Of a stretch of DNA of 64,000 bases, positions 46,750-58,493 are shown one piece after another. The position numbers and the translations under genes were made by a program. Location of the stretch: contig OZ252244.1 in the NCBI GenBank assembly GCA_965249575.1, positions 2,528,001 to 2,592,000 of the forward strand, read 5' to 3'. The stretch comes from Gemmatimonadales bacterium (lineage in GTDB: Bacteria > Gemmatimonadota > Gemmatimonadetes > Gemmatimonadales > GWC2-71-9). The first letter of the stretch is position 1; each line of letters begins with the position of its first letter. The notes under the pieces are model-generated. The model ran no database searches. It was not told where the DNA came from and saw only the letters and a program-made list of their open reading frames with translations.

Positions 46750-46898
46750 GTCGCGAAGATACGGACCGGTGGATTGGGCGTCCAGCGGCTCAGATGGCAA
46801 GGAGCTCCGGCGTCCAGACGAGAAGCGATGTTACCTTTGAGCCGGCGCCGTGTGCCGGAAGACAGGGAACCGCCAATTCGTGTTTGGGGGACTTCGTA

Positions 46899-48593
46899 AT
46901 GAAACCGCTTCGCCTTGCCTGTCTCATCTGTCTCGTTGCGGCGTGTTCCCCCGACTACGATGTGATCATCCGTGGCGGGTCGGTATATGACGGAAGCGGG
47001 GCGTCACCGATCGTGGCGGACGTCGGGATCGTGGGGGACACGGTAGCGATCGTCGGAGATCTGAATGGGGCGACGGCGCGGCAGGAGGTGCGCGCGGCGG
47101 GTCTCGCGATCTCGCCAGGCTTCATCAACATGCTGAGTTGGGCGACCGAGACCCTAATCGTGGACGGACGCTCCGAGAGCGATATCCGTCAGGGCGTAAC
47201 TCTCGAGGTCTTCGGTGAGGGGCGATCCATGGGTCCTCTCAACGCGCAGATGAAGGCCGAGATGGTCGCGCAGCAGGGAGATCTGTCATTTGACGTGCCA
47301 TGGACCACGCTCGGCGAGTACCTGGAGCATCTGGTCGATCGGGGTGTAGCGCCGAATGTGGCGTCCTTCGTGGGAGCGACGACCGTACGCGTTCACGAAT
47401 TGGGATACGAAGACCGTCCCCCGACGGCGGGCGAGCTGGACCGAATGCGAGCGCTCGTTCGGCAGGCGATGGAGGAAGGGGCCCTCGGCGTCGGCTCTGC
47501 GTTGATATACGCGCCGGCGTTTTACGCCGACACGAGGGAGCTCGTCGAGCTCGCCAAGGTGGCATCGACGTACGGAGGCATGTACACGTCCCATATCCGG
47601 GACGAAGGCAACCGGTTCATGGAGGCACTCGACGAGATCTTCAGGATCGCGCGCGAGGCGGAGATTCGCGCGGAGATCTATCATTTCAAAGTCAAGGGTC
47701 CCCACAACTGGTCCAAGCTGGATGAGGCGATCGGGCGCATCGAACGGGCTCGGGCTGAAGGCCTGGGCGTCACGGCAAACGTGTATCTGTATCGCGCGGG
47801 ATCGACCGGGCTCAATGCGACCATGCCGCCCTGGGTCCAGGAGGGAGGGCTTGGACCGTGGATCGAGCGGCTGAGCGATCCGGCCATTCGATCCCGCGTC
47901 GCGAGGGAAATGTTGGAGCCGGGGCTCGGTTGGAACAACAACCTGGAGTTGTCGGGCTCGGCCGACAACGTGCTCCTCGTGGGCTTCCGCTCGGAGACAC
48001 TGAAACCCCTGATCGGGAAGACGCTGGCAGCGGTCGCGCAAATGCGTGGGACGTCGATACCCGAAACCGCCATGGACTTGGTCGTAGAAGACGAAAGCCG
48101 GGTCAGCGCCGTTTACTTCATGATGGCGGAGGAGAATCTCCGGAAGAAAGTGGGGCTTCCCTGGGTGAGCTTCGGGTCCGACGGCGGGTCGATGGCGCCA
48201 GAGGGTGTGTTTCTACGCTCCAGCCCGCACCCGAGAACCTACGGCAATTTCGCGCGCCTGCTGGCCAAGTACGTCCGGGATGACGGCGTGATACCGCTCA
48301 AGGAAGCCGTACGCCGGCTCAGTGCGCTCCCCGCGGAGAACTTGAGACTGGCTCGCCGTGGACGGCTACTACCTGGCTACTATGCTGACATCGTGGTGTT
48401 CGACCCGGGTCGCATCCAGGACCACGCGTCGTACGATGACCCGCATCGTTACGCTATCGGCGTGGAGCATGTGTTCGTGAACGGGGTGCAGGTGCTCGAT
48501 CGGGGCGAGCACACGGGCGCGCTACCGGGGCGGGTGGTCCGGGGCCCCGGCTGGAAAGGGTGGGGACACTCCCCGAGTCCGTCAGGAGGGTAG
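46899..48593 (+). CDS. N-acyl-D-amino-acid deacylase
   Basis: ISPGFIN, SHIRDEG, GSD, HPRTYGNF, ADIVVFD. Confidence 0.9.
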   Translation: MKPLRLACLICLVAACSPDYDVIIRGGSVYDGSGASPIVADVGIVGDTVAIVGDLNGATARQEVRAAGLAISPGFINMLSWATETLIVDGRSESDIRQGVTLEVFGEGRSMGPLNAQMKAEMVAQQGDLSFDVPWTTLGEYLEHLVDRGVAPNVASFVGATTVRVHELGYEDRPPTAGELDRMRALVRQAMEEGALGVGSALIYAPAFYADTRELVELAKVASTYGGMYTSHIRDEGNRFMEALDEIFRIAREAEIRAEIYHFKVKGPHNWSKLDEAIGRIERARAEGLGVTANVYLYRAGSTGLNATMPPWVQEGGLGPWIERLSDPAIRSRVAREMLEPGLGWNNNLELSGSADNVLLVGFRSETLKPLIGKTLAAVAQMRGTSIPETAMDLVVEDESRVSAVYFMMAEENLRKKVGLPWVSFGSDGGSMAPEGVFLRSSPHPRTYGNFARLLAKYVRDDGVIPLKEAVRRLSALPAENLRLARRGRLLPGYYADIVVFDPGRIQDHASYDDPHRYAIGVEHVFVNGVQVLDRGEHTGALPGRVVRGPGWKGWGHSPSPSGG

Positions 48594-48597
48594 CGCG

Positions 48598-49985
48598 CTA
48601 CTTTCCGGCCTCCGCTCCGGCCGGCATTTCGTAGAGATCGTGGAACCGTGTCTTGAACGAGAGCACCCACAAGACTGCGGTCAGGAAACCGGCGATCATT
48701 CCCGCTAGGGCGCCCGTCCTCGTTGTTTCCTTCCAGAAGAGTGAGCAGAGCACGACGGGCGTGAACGCAGACGCCAGGCCCGACCAGGCAAACAATACGA
48801 ACCAGAAGATCATCCGGGCTTCGCCCAGGGCGAAGGTCAACGCGGCCAGCCCGATGACGACGGTGACCAGCTTCCCATACAGGGAGAGCCGACGTTCGCT
48901 GAGAGAAGGGCGGAAGACCAATTTTGGACGACATCGCGAACCACAGCGGAAGACGCAAGAATGAGCAGTGAGTCGACGGTCGACATGATGGCGGCGAGAA
49001 CGATCACCAGGAACAGGCCGGTGAAAATGCTTGGGAACAGCTCACCGGTCATCGTAGGGAGAATCGTTTCGGGATCGGCGAGATTGGGGAACAGCGATCG
49101 GCCGGCCATTCCGGCGAATACCGCTCCGACGTCGAACACGATGATCGACAAGACCGCTATGAGGCTACCGTGGACGATATCGCGTTCGCTGCGCGCCGAG
49201 ATGAAGCGTGTCAGCAGTTGCGGAGCACCGAGAAAGGCGAGCCCGATGCCCATGAAAGAGACTGCGCTCACCACGCCGGCGAGGGAGAAGCCCAGGTTGC
49301 CCATGGGGGCGAGCAAGGTCGGATCGATCGCGCGCAGGTGGGACATCAATGGCATCCACCCGCCCGCGGCCGAGATGCCGACAACGGGAAGGACGAGGAG
49401 TCCACAGAACATCAAGACGCCCTGTAGGAGGTCGCTGTAGGCGACGGCCTTGAACCCCCCGACGGTGGTGTAGTACAAAATGACGGCGGCGCCAATAACC
49501 ACGCCGGTATGGTAACTCGTTCCCAGGAACGCCCCGAACGCTTTGCCGGACGCGGTGAGCTGCGCCGCCGTGTAGGCAGTCACCATACTGAGGATGATCA
49601 CGGCGCTGACGAGCCGAATGGCGTGGCGTGGATCGTTGAAGCGAGCGTCGAGGTAATCGGGAACCGTGATGGCGTCGCAACGGTCGGTCGCTGCCTTGAA
49701 CGGCAGCGCGACGACCGCCCAGCCGAGAGCGACGCCCAGCACCTCCCCGAGGACGATCCACAACGCATGAATACCGACCGCGTACCCCATCCCCGTGAGT
49801 CCCAGCAACAGCCACGCGCTCTCTCCGGTGGCGTTCGAAGAGAAAGCGATGACCCAAGAGGGAAGCTTCTTGCCGGCTACGTAGTAGTCGGCCATGCTCC
49901 GTGATTCTCTTCCGCCCCAGGCACCTATCCCAAGCAGGATGATGAGATAAATGACGAGTACCGTTACGACGATCGCCGAGCTCAT
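48598..49985 (-). pseudogene. Sodium/proline symporter (SSS family), frameshifted near 48923 and short at the C-terminus
   Basis: SAWLLLG, GGFKAV, AAIMSTVDS; continues in the 48598-48921 frame. Confidence 0.8.
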
Positions 49986-50533
49986 CGATTCCGCTCACCA
50001 TCTGCCGACGGTGGACGTCGCCGGTGCTTTCGGTAAAACCGCAGCTCGATGAGAAGGCCCAAGCCAACAGCGCAGACGAGGAGGAGCCAGGCCGTCCAGG
50101 GGAGTCCGGCGATCACGGGCGCTGGCCGGTAGGGTGGACGGACGAGACGACTGGACGGGTGGTCTCCCGTGGCTGATCACCCTTGGCTAGCTCGGACCGA
50201 TCGAGTTGCCGCATCAGCGCGGTGTGCCGCCCGGGTATCCCCCCGCCGGTGTGATGCCGGTCACTAATCCCGGGAGCGAAAATGCCGATAACAGAGGCAT
50301 CCAGAACAAGTGGGATCGGGGACCGATGCGTTGCTTCGTTTGCCGGTGTGCGGCGACGACACATGTAATTCGCGGGGTCAGGGGGGGAGAGGGGGCTCGC
50401 GGGTGGGGCCGCGTGTGTGTGCCGTGCGCCATTCGACATGACATCGACGGTGTGCTGCTATCGCGCCCGAGCGATAGGGAGCTTGCGTACCAACGGGACA
50501 AGGGAGTCGAAGAGTGATGTCAGCGGTGTGTGG

Positions 50534-52012
50534 CTACCACCGGGATATCACCACTCGCTTGTCCGTATAGAAGTCGATCGCGTCCCGTCCCTGCGCTTTG
50601 AGATCGCCGTAGAACGATCCCTTCGACCCGCCGAATGGGAAAAAGGCCATCGGCGCGGCGACACCGATGTTCACGCCGATCATGCTGATCCCGGCCCGGT
50701 ATCTGAACTCCCGCGCGGCGCGCCCACTCGTCGTAAAGATCGACGTGGCGTTGCCGTAGCTGCTTCTGTGGATCACGTCGATGGCGTCGTCGAGCGAATC
50801 CGCGCGGCAGAGGCTGGCGACGGGGCCAAAGATCTCGTCCCGGCCGACGGACATTTCAGGACTTACTGACTCGAATACCGTCGGTGCAAGCCAGTGGCCC
50901 TTGGGGTACTCCGGGACCTTGGCGCCCCGGCCGTCGAGGACGAGCTCGGCTCCCTCCTTCTCGCCTGCCCCGATGAAGTCCAGGACGCGCGCACGATGTC
51001 GCTCGGAGATCAACGGGCCCATATCGACGCCCTGGTCGAGACCCGACCCGATTCGATACGACCTGGCGCCGTCCAGGATCCTCTCCCGGACCGGCTTGTA
51101 GGCATCCCGCACACCTACCACCACGCTTCCGGCTAGGCAGCGCTGCCCGGCGGCGCCGAACGCCGAAGACAACGCCGCCGCGCTCGCGCCGTCCGGATCG
51201 GCATCGGGCAGCACCACGATGTGATTCTTCGCTCCGCCGAGCGCCTGAACCCGCTTGCCGGTTGCCGCTGCTCTGGCGTAGACGAGCCGGGCAATCTGGC
51301 TGGAGCCGACGAAGGAAACTCCCTTGATGTCGGGATGCTCCAACAAGGCCTCCACGCTCTCACGGCCGCCGTGGACAACATTGAGAACTCCAGGAGGCAG
51401 CCCTGCCTGAGAGGCGAGGTCGACGATCCGCTGGTGCGTTATCGGGTCCTGCTCGCTTGGCTTGAGCACGAACGTGTTTCCGGTAGCGACCGCGTAGGGC
51501 CAGAACCACAGCGGAATCATGATCGGGAAGTTGTAGGGGGAGATCGCCGCGAACACGCCGAGCGGCTGGCGGACGGTCTCACAGTCCACTCCCGGGGCGA
51601 CGTCCTCGAGCGTCGCGCCCTGCATGAGGGTTGGGATACCGCACGCATGCTCGACGTTCTCGATGCCGCGCCGGATCTCCCCGCGAGAATCGGCAACGGT
51701 CTTGCCGTTCTCGCGCGTCAAACTGGCCGCGAGGTCATCGAGGTCGTCTTCGAGCAGCATCTTGAGACGAAACAGGACTCGCGCGCGCTCGACCGGCGGA
51801 GTCCGCCGCCACTCGGGGAACGCCCTTGTTGCGGCTGCTACCGCCGCGCCTACATCGCCCGACGTCGAGAGCGGTGTGTGTCCCAGAAGCTCGCCGGTCG
51901 CTGGATCGGCGAGCGGCAATGTGTCCGATGCCGCCGAGTCGATCCAGCGGCCACCGACGAAATTGGGGACCGTCCGTATCTTGGTACCGGACGCTCCGCC
52001 GCTCGTCGACAT
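50534..52012 (-). CDS. mmsA: CoA-acylating methylmalonate-semialdehyde dehydrogenase
   Basis: LKPSEQ, SFVGS, GGAKNH, FGAAGQRC, EIFGPV. Confidence 0.9.
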   Translation of the reverse strand: MSTSGGASGTKIRTVPNFVGGRWIDSAASDTLPLADPATGELLGHTPLSTSGDVGAAVAAATRAFPEWRRTPPVERARVLFRLKMLLEDDLDDLAASLTRENGKTVADSRGEIRRGIENVEHACGIPTLMQGATLEDVAPGVDCETVRQPLGVFAAISPYNFPIMIPLWFWPYAVATGNTFVLKPSEQDPITHQRIVDLASQAGLPPGVLNVVHGGRESVEALLEHPDIKGVSFVGSSQIARLVYARAAATGKRVQALGGAKNHIVVLPDADPDGASAAALSSAFGAAGQRCLAGSVVVGVRDAYKPVRERILDGARSYRIGSGLDQGVDMGPLISERHRARVLDFIGAGEKEGAELVLDGRGAKVPEYPKGHWLAPTVFESVSPEMSVGRDEIFGPVASLCRADSLDDAIDVIHRSSYGNATSIFTTSGRAAREFRYRAGISMIGVNIGVAAPMAFFPFGGSKGSFYGDLKAQGRDAIDFYTDKRVVISRW

Positions 52013-52216
52013 CGAGTCTCCTTTTTTTTGGCTCAGACGATCAGACCGGATACTGCAGGGCGCGAGTACCCTCTAGGGTAGCGCGGTCTGCACGTCCTCG
52101 GAAGACCGGGCCCACTTGGTATCGGGCCCGTAAGTGGCAGTTTGTTCGGCGCCGCCTGATGTGCCGCCAGGACGGGACCTGGCGGTCTGCTGCTCACTGT
52201 GTGGTTGTGGCGGGCG

Positions 52217-52552
52217 CTACCGGGATGCGGCCAAACCGCCGAGCACTGCCCCGACGAGCAGAGGTATGACGCTCATCGACGATAGGACTACGGCTCCCAG
52301 CCCGGCCACGAAGGCAAACAGCTGGCCGATGATGGGAATCCAGCCCAGGAGCCCCCCCAGGAAAAACGTCAGGAGTCCAAGGATGAGCCCTGGGAGCACC
52401 ACGGCGACAACGGCCGGGAACACGCCGCCGGCCTTTCTGCCACCTACGAATCCCGCGATCAAGCCACCCAAAACCGGCATCCAGAAGAGGGCCGCGGACA
52501 GCCCGATCATCCACAGCATCGCGCTCGAGATACTGCCGCGTCGTATCGTCAT
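52217..52552 (-). CDS. Gly-rich membrane protein
   Basis: Several TM segments; GGGGAG RBS. Confidence 0.65.
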   Translation of the reverse strand: MTIRRGSISSAMLWMIGLSAALFWMPVLGGLIAGFVGGRKAGGVFPAVVAVVLPGLILGLLTFFLGGLLGWIPIIGQLFAFVAGLGAVVLSSMSVIPLLVGAVLGGLAASR

Positions 52553-52714
52553 GGCTCCCCCTGCTCGCGCGCCCTCGGTGGACTGCGGACGGCCCCTCCG
52601 GCCACCCTCGCGATCCCTACGCAGAAGATGCCGCTGGGTTTCGTTTCGGGGGAAAACGTCAGGTAACGGGAGGGCAGGGACTCGAGATGACAGGAGCACC
52701 GTCGGGACGCGGTG

Positions 52715-55700
52715 TTACGGTCGACCGCGATATCGCTCGTACAGCGTTTGGTGCTTGTTTTCGACACCGGTCGGCTCCCCGTTGACGAACACGTGCACGA
52801 TCCGCGTCCGTATGTCCAGCGGGTCGCCGTCCGTCACTACGAGGTTGGCGATCTTGCCGACTTCGAGCGTTCCCAAACGATCGGCAACGCCAAAGATCTC
52901 GGCGGGGTGGATCGTGACCGAGCGGAGGGCTTCTTCATGCGGTAGTCCGTAGGGCACCGCATTCCCGGCCTCGTACGGGAGCGTCCGCGGCCCGGATGTC
53001 CCCCCGCCAAAGGACCCGAAAGCGATCTTCACCCCCGCAGCGTGGAGCTTCCCGGGCCCCGAGAGCGGTTCGTCGTAGGCCTCGTCCTCTGCGCTCGGAA
53101 GGGCCTGGGTGGCTCCGAGAATGACCGGCACGTTCTTCTCCGCCAGGCCCTCCCTGACCTTCCACGCGTCGCGCCCCTCCGCAAGAATCATTCGGAGGCC
53201 CTCCCGCTCGGCGAAGGCCAGTGCGTCCTCGATGTCACGTTTGGCATTGGCCACGATCAGGACCGGGAGGGTGCCCCTTACGACCGGGGAGAGGGCTTCC
53301 AACTTCAGGTCCCGGTCCACTCTCGCCTGTGCCGCGCCGGTCTGGGCCTGATCGTAGTGCCGTGCTGCCTCCAGCCGCCGCTCGAGGGTGGCGATCGCCT
53401 CGGCGTGGCGCTTCCGCGCCCTGGCGAGCGTGGTGTCGGAGGCGCCGGGTGCCGTGATGTTGGATTCCCTGATGGGCCGGCTGGGCCAGATGAGGACCAT
53501 GCCGACCGACGGCTCCACCAGCATCTCCTCGACCGTCCAACCGTACAGGTGCACAAGCGAAGCCTGTCCGGCCAGGCTCCCACTCCCGCCCGTCGGGGCG
53601 GTCACTGCGTGTGTGATTCCGTTCGCGCGGGTAACGGGTATGTGCTCGCTGGCGGGGTGCACCGCGGTAGCGGCCACAAGCTGCGGATTGAAATCACCAA
53701 GCTCGCTCTCGTCTACCGTTTGGGCGACGCTCCTGATCTCGGTCAATCCGAGCCGGCTCACGGCGTCGAATAGTCCCGGATAGGCATGGAGTCCGGTGGC
53801 GTCGATGATTTCGGCCCCCGGTGGAATCGGGATCCCGCGGCCCACCGCGACGATCCGCCCGTTCCGAATGATCACCGTCCCCGAGTCGATCGCCGAACCG
53901 GCCAGCGTATGGATCGTTGCGCCGTGAATCGCCTGAGTCGCCGGAACGCTTTGTCCCCAGGCTCCCGGCCCGAGGAGGGCGGAAACCACCACGAGCGACG
54001 AGACGCGACGGTCGATCATCGGGGGGGCTCCGCACGGGAGACGCCACCGGAGGCTGACGCACTGGTCACCGGTTTCGCCTTCGTCCGCTCGTGGTCGAGC
54101 TTCTTGTAGTAGTGCCTTTTTCTCGTCTTCGAGCGCGCCACGGCGAATGACGTCCTGCCCCCGGTCGAAATACAGTCCTCCGTCAATGAACGTTTTTTGG
54201 ACGACCGCGTAGATGCTCAGGGGATGCCTGTCGAAAATGACGAGATCCGCGTCCTTCCCCACCTCGATCGAGCCCACGCGATCGTCGATGCCGAGCTGCT
54301 TCGCGGGATTCAACGTGACGAGTTTGAGGGCTTCCGTCTCCGACATGCCGCCCCACTTCACGGCCTTTGCGGCCTCCTGATTCAGGTGCCGCATCTCCTC
54401 GCGGCTATCCGAGTTGATCGAGACGACCACGCCCTTCTCCGTCATCAAAGCCGCGTTGTACGGAATGGCGTCGTACATTTCCATCTTGAATGCCCACCAG
54501 TCGGAAAAGGTCGAGGCTCCAGCTCCGTGCTCGGCGATCTCGCGCGCCACCTTGTAGCCCTCGAGGACGTGTTGGAAGGTGGCGACCTTGAAGCCGAGCT
54601 CCTCGGCCAGGCGAGTGAGCTGCAGGATTTCGTCGGCCCGGTAGGAGTGGGCGTGCACCAGGCGACTTCCCTCGAGCACCTCGACGAGCGTCTCGAGTTT
54701 CAGGTCTCGCCGGGGGCGGATCAGCGGAGCGTCCCCCCGGGCGCGCCGGCGCTCGTGTTCCCGCCAATCCGCGCGGTATGTCTCCGCCTCGAGGAACGCT
54801 TGCCGGATCACATCCAGCACGCCCATGCGGGTCGCTGGATATCGCGGCGGCGTCCGGCTTCGCTTTGGGTTTTCACCGAGCGCGAACTTGATCCCCGGCG
54901 GCGCGCCCTCGAACAGGAGCCCCCTGGCGTTCTCTCCCCAACGGAGTTTGATGACCGCGTTCTTTCCGCCGATGGGGTTGGAGCTGCCATGGAGAACGTT
55001 TGCCGTCGTTACACCGCCCGCGATCGCACGGTAGATGGCGATTTCATCGGGGTTCAAGACGTCTTCGATGCCCACCATGGCGGAGACCGCCGTCGTTCCT
55101 TCGTTGACGGCATCGGCGATGTGCGAGTGGGCGTCGATGATCCCGGGCATGACGTACTGACCCGCGGCATCGATGATGGTCGCTCCGGCAGGGACGGTGA
55201 TGTCCCGACCTACGGCCCCGATCTTTCCGTCCCGAATGAGAACTGATCCCCCGTCGATGGTTCCGTTCGATACCGTGAGGATCGTCGCGTTCCGAATGAC
55301 CGTGACGGGCGGGCTCTGCAGCGGCCCGCGGTCGACCACGGCGGGCACACTCGGCCCGCGAGTCGGACGCTTGGGAGCCGGTGGCGTGCCGCTTCCTTCC
55401 GTTTCCTGGGACGCTGGAGCGTCGTATTTGCGCCCGTCTACGAATACCATCCGGACCGTCGTCCCGTCCGCGAACAGGTCGCCATCCGTTACCAAGATGT
55501 TGGCGATCTTTCCGCGTTCCAGGCTTCCAAGGCGGTCCGCAACCCCGTAGATGTCAGCGGCGCCGAGGGTCATGGCGTGGACCGCGGCATCGCGCGGGAG
55601 CCCGGCGTCTATCGCGAGCTGCGCGTTCCGTAGCGCCTCTTCGGGATCGGTGATGCCATCCGTGTAAAAGCCGAATCGAACCCCCGATCGGTGCAGGGCG

Positions 55701-56731
55701 GCCGGTGTCGACGGAGCGCGGTCCCAGAAACGCAGTCGGCGGAGGGGATCGTCCGTCTCCGGGTCGGGCGTGTCGACCAAGCTGGGCCACTCGAGGCTCA
55801 CAAGGACCGCGGCCTCGCTCGATGCTAGCGCGTCAGGTACCTCGTAGGCTTGCTGGGCGCCGTAGAGGACGGTGTTCGCGCCCACCTCGTTTCCGAGCCG
55901 AATTGCGCGATGAATCTCCCGGGCCCAGGTCGCCGGGAACAAGACGGGGTGCCCTTCGTCGATCGCGGTGCGGAGGGGCTCCAGTGCCCGATCGTATTCG
56001 GGCCGCTCCAGCCCCCGCGGTGAGGCGTCGTATACCGACCGGGCATGGGCGTAATGCGCGGCATCGAGAAAGAGTTGCCGCACATATGCGATCGCTCCCA
56101 TGAGCGAGCCGGGGAATCCCTGGTATCGATCGCCTCTGGACAGATTGATCCGGAGCGCGACTGGCGTCTTCACGATCATCTCGCCCGATCTCGTGCCCGC
56201 CAGATTGATGAGAGCGGCCTGTCCGGGGAAGATCCCCTCACTCGGTGAAATGACGGCGGAGGTGAACCCCGCCTCACGCCAACGCCGGATGCGTTCGTCA
56301 CCGATATCAAAATCATCTGCCGCGTTCACCCAGGATGTGGTGGCGGGTCGGTCTTCCGGCCCTCTCGAATACGCTTTGGGGGCGACGTGGACGTTCGCGT
56401 CGTCATTCCCTGGGTTGCCGAGCGAGGTGAGGGCGTCGATCAGGCCGGGGTACACGGTGAGACCGTTGCCGTCGATCACCCAGGCCTCGGGCGGTATCGC
56501 CGCTTCTGGTCCGACCGCGGCGATCACTCCCCCCGATAGGACAATCGTCCCCCGGGGAATGGTCGCCCCCGACACGGTGACGATTCGGGCGTTCCGGATG
56601 GCAAAATAGCGGGGGTGCTCAGGTTCCTGCGCTGCACAAGTTTCCGGTGCCGTCGGAAGGATCGCCGTGGCGAGCAATATCGGGAGAGGGGTAGTCCAGC
56701 CCCGGAAATTGAAACTTATCGGCGTCATCAC
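52715..56731 (-). CDS. Three tandem amidohydrolase domains; third probably a separate gene from 54019
   Basis: Three NATI...PG.ID...G.LE.GK.A units; only the second has DAHSH. Confidence 0.85.
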   Translation of the reverse strand: MMTPISFNFRGWTTPLPILLATAILPTAPETCAAQEPEHPRYFAIRNARIVTVSGATIPRGTIVLSGGVIAAVGPEAAIPPEAWVIDGNGLTVYPGLIDALTSLGNPGNDDANVHVAPKAYSRGPEDRPATTSWVNAADDFDIGDERIRRWREAGFTSAVISPSEGIFPGQAALINLAGTRSGEMIVKTPVALRINLSRGDRYQGFPGSLMGAIAYVRQLFLDAAHYAHARSVYDASPRGLERPEYDRALEPLRTAIDEGHPVLFPATWAREIHRAIRLGNEVGANTVLYGAQQAYEVPDALASSEAAVLVSLEWPSLVDTPDPETDDPLRRLRFWDRAPSTPAALHRSGVRFGFYTDGITDPEEALRNAQLAIDAGLPRDAAVHAMTLGAADIYGVADRLGSLERGKIANILVTDGDLFADGTTVRMVFVDGRKYDAPASQETEGSGTPPAPKRPTRGPSVPAVVDRGPLQSPPVTVIRNATILTVSNGTIDGGSVLIRDGKIGAVGRDITVPAGATIIDAAGQYVMPGIIDAHSHIADAVNEGTTAVSAMVGIEDVLNPDEIAIYRAIAGGVTTANVLHGSSNPIGGKNAVIKLRWGENARGLLFEGAPPGIKFALGENPKRSRTPPRYPATRMGVLDVIRQAFLEAETYRADWREHERRRARGDAPLIRPRRDLKLETLVEVLEGSRLVHAHSYRADEILQLTRLAEELGFKVATFQHVLEGYKVAREIAEHGAGASTFSDWWAFKMEMYDAIPYNAALMTEKGVVVSINSDSREEMRHLNQEAAKAVKWGGMSETEALKLVTLNPAKQLGIDDRVGSIEVGKDADLVIFDRHPLSIYAVVQKTFIDGGLYFDRGQDVIRRGALEDEKKALLQEARPRADEGETGDQCVSLRWRLPCGAPPMIDRRVSSLVVVSALLGPGAWGQSVPATQAIHGATIHTLAGSAIDSGTVIIRNGRIVAVGRGIPIPPGAEIIDATGLHAYPGLFDAVSRLGLTEIRSVAQTVDESELGDFNPQLVAATAVHPASEHIPVTRANGITHAVTAPTGGSGSLAGQASLVHLYGWTVEEMLVEPSVGMVLIWPSRPIRESNITAPGASDTTLARARKRHAEAIATLERRLEAARHYDQAQTGAAQARVDRDLKLEALSPVVRGTLPVLIVANAKRDIEDALAFAEREGLRMILAEGRDAWKVREGLAEKNVPVILGATQALPSAEDEAYDEPLSGPGKLHAAGVKIAFGSFGGGTSGPRTLPYEAGNAVPYGLPHEEALRSVTIHPAEIFGVADRLGTLEVGKIANLVVTDGDPLDIRTRIVHVFVNGEPTGVENKHQTLYERYRGRP

Positions 56732-56883
56732 GACTCCCCTATTCCCAACCTGCTGGACGCGGTCGAAATCGGTCGTTTGCTGGGAGCCTGCCCCGGCGAC
56801 GGTTAAAACTGTCCGGATTGAGGCCCTGGCGCCAGCCGGATGTTGCTAGCCGCTTTCCTCGGGGCAAGGTGGTGTCACTTGAC

Positions 56884-57966
56884 ATGGCCGCAAGCAGGCC
56901 CGTTCATGACGCTGTGTCCATGCAGTACACTCATTCAACCATCGCAGCGGGATTGTCGCGTGCGTTCTGGTTGGCGCACGTCGTAGCGGTGCTGTCTGCA
57001 GCCGATTGTGTAGCGACCGCGGCGCAGCGCTTCGACTCACTGTACGGCGATTCGACACTCGTTCGCTGGCGGCCGGTCTACTCCGAAAACGTGCGGTGGA
57101 ATCTGGAGAACGTGGTACTCCGGGTGTTAACGCCCGATGAGCGAGAAGGAGCAGGTCGGGTACGAATCCGGTTCCCACTTCGTGCCGGTTCCCCCGACCC
57201 CGTGGGGCACTCCAGCGACACCTCCGGCGTTATCTCGATTTCGGTGCTGTCACTCCGATTTTTGCACGACCTCGCGGTCGCGCACGCGTGGCTGGCAGAC
57301 AATCGTTATTCCACGAGCTCGGTCACCGATTATCTCACGGCGCTCAAATACCGATCACCGGCGGAATTCCCGGAAGGGCGCTATCTGCCACCATTGCCCG
57401 CTCTGGGTGTTCCGGCCATTGCCCGGGGACGTGCATCAGTCAGCGAGGCGTCGGATAGGACCCTGAAAGGGGCGTTGGTCTTCGTCTTGGCCCACGAAGT
57501 CGGGCACCTGCGAGACCGGGGACGAGCAACGGCGGGGCACGGGCAGGTTGACCCCCGCGCGCGAGAAGCGGCCGCAGACAGTTTCGCGCTCTCGGTGTTT
57601 CGTCGATTGGGGGTGGCGCCCTTTGGCTTGTCGCTACTCTTTCGGGCCTCCGTGTTGCTGGCCTCCCACCGAGGCGACTTCGAGTCCGATAGCCTCTGGC
57701 TCGAGCATTACCAGCGAGAGACGAACCACCTGATCAGCCGGGCCCGATTGGACGGGCTGGCCCATATGCTCCTGGACGATCCCACGGCATTCGCGCAGCG
57801 TGAGCCTCGCTTTCGGGTCGGCGTCCAGGCGGTTCGCGACGTCGCCGACGAACTATTGGAAATCAGTGGGCGGATCGACGAGTCGGGCGCACGAAGGTCG
57901 CTGATGATGGGCGGACGCGAGATCGCTCTTCCGCCCTTCGAGCTGCGACCAGTTGGCACCCCCTGA
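56884..57966 (+). CDS. HExxH metallopeptidase-like protein (start uncertain)
   Basis: FVLAHEVGH...REAAADSFA. Confidence 0.65.
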   Translation: MAASRPVHDAVSMQYTHSTIAAGLSRAFWLAHVVAVLSAADCVATAAQRFDSLYGDSTLVRWRPVYSENVRWNLENVVLRVLTPDEREGAGRVRIRFPLRAGSPDPVGHSSDTSGVISISVLSLRFLHDLAVAHAWLADNRYSTSSVTDYLTALKYRSPAEFPEGRYLPPLPALGVPAIARGRASVSEASDRTLKGALVFVLAHEVGHLRDRGRATAGHGQVDPRAREAAADSFALSVFRRLGVAPFGLSLLFRASVLLASHRGDFESDSLWLEHYQRETNHLISRARLDGLAHMLLDDPTAFAQREPRFRVGVQAVRDVADELLEISGRIDESGARRSLMMGGREIALPPFELRPVGTP

Positions 57967-58362
57967 TCCGGATCGTTCGCCCGGATAGGGTTCGTGAAAT
58001 ACGTCGTGCGCCGTGTTGAATATCAGCGTCCACTGCTCCGGATCGGGAATCGCCCAGATGCTGTAGGAACCGGCGGGAAGCGGGGCTCCATCGATCAGGA
58101 CGTCCCGGCTGAAGGAAATTCTGGTGGCCTCGTCCGCGCCGGGGTTCCAGATTCTCCCGTGCTTCACGATTCCTCCGAACAACTCGCGTCCTCTCGCGAC
58201 AGGCCGGTTGTACACAATCGTGATCTCGGTCTGCCCGACCATCTGCATGAGCATTGCCGGCTGGCTTTTTCGTGTTCTCCCGCCCTGGATCACACCATCG
58301 CAGGCCGTAAGGACGAGTATTGCTGAGAGGATGGTGGACGTGACTACGGAGCGTCCGGGCAT
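57853..58362 (-). pseudogene. DUF2911-domain protein, C-terminally truncated
   Basis: YNRPVARGRELFG...WNPGADEAT...AGSYSIWAIP; similarity ends near 57980. Confidence 0.65.
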
Positions 58363-58493
58363 CTTCGGGATATCTCCTGGGCCAGAAATGGCTAGCGTTG
58401 TTATCCAACTAAAACTGTTGACTGGGACGGAAAGTTCCGGCAGGCGGCGCTGCTCTCGCCCTGTCGTGAAAGAGGGCTTGCGCTGACAAACGA

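Noticed and set aside
50180..50330. Possible degraded ABC-permease fragment on the minus strand
   Set aside because: Needs several frameshifts; too weak to call by eye
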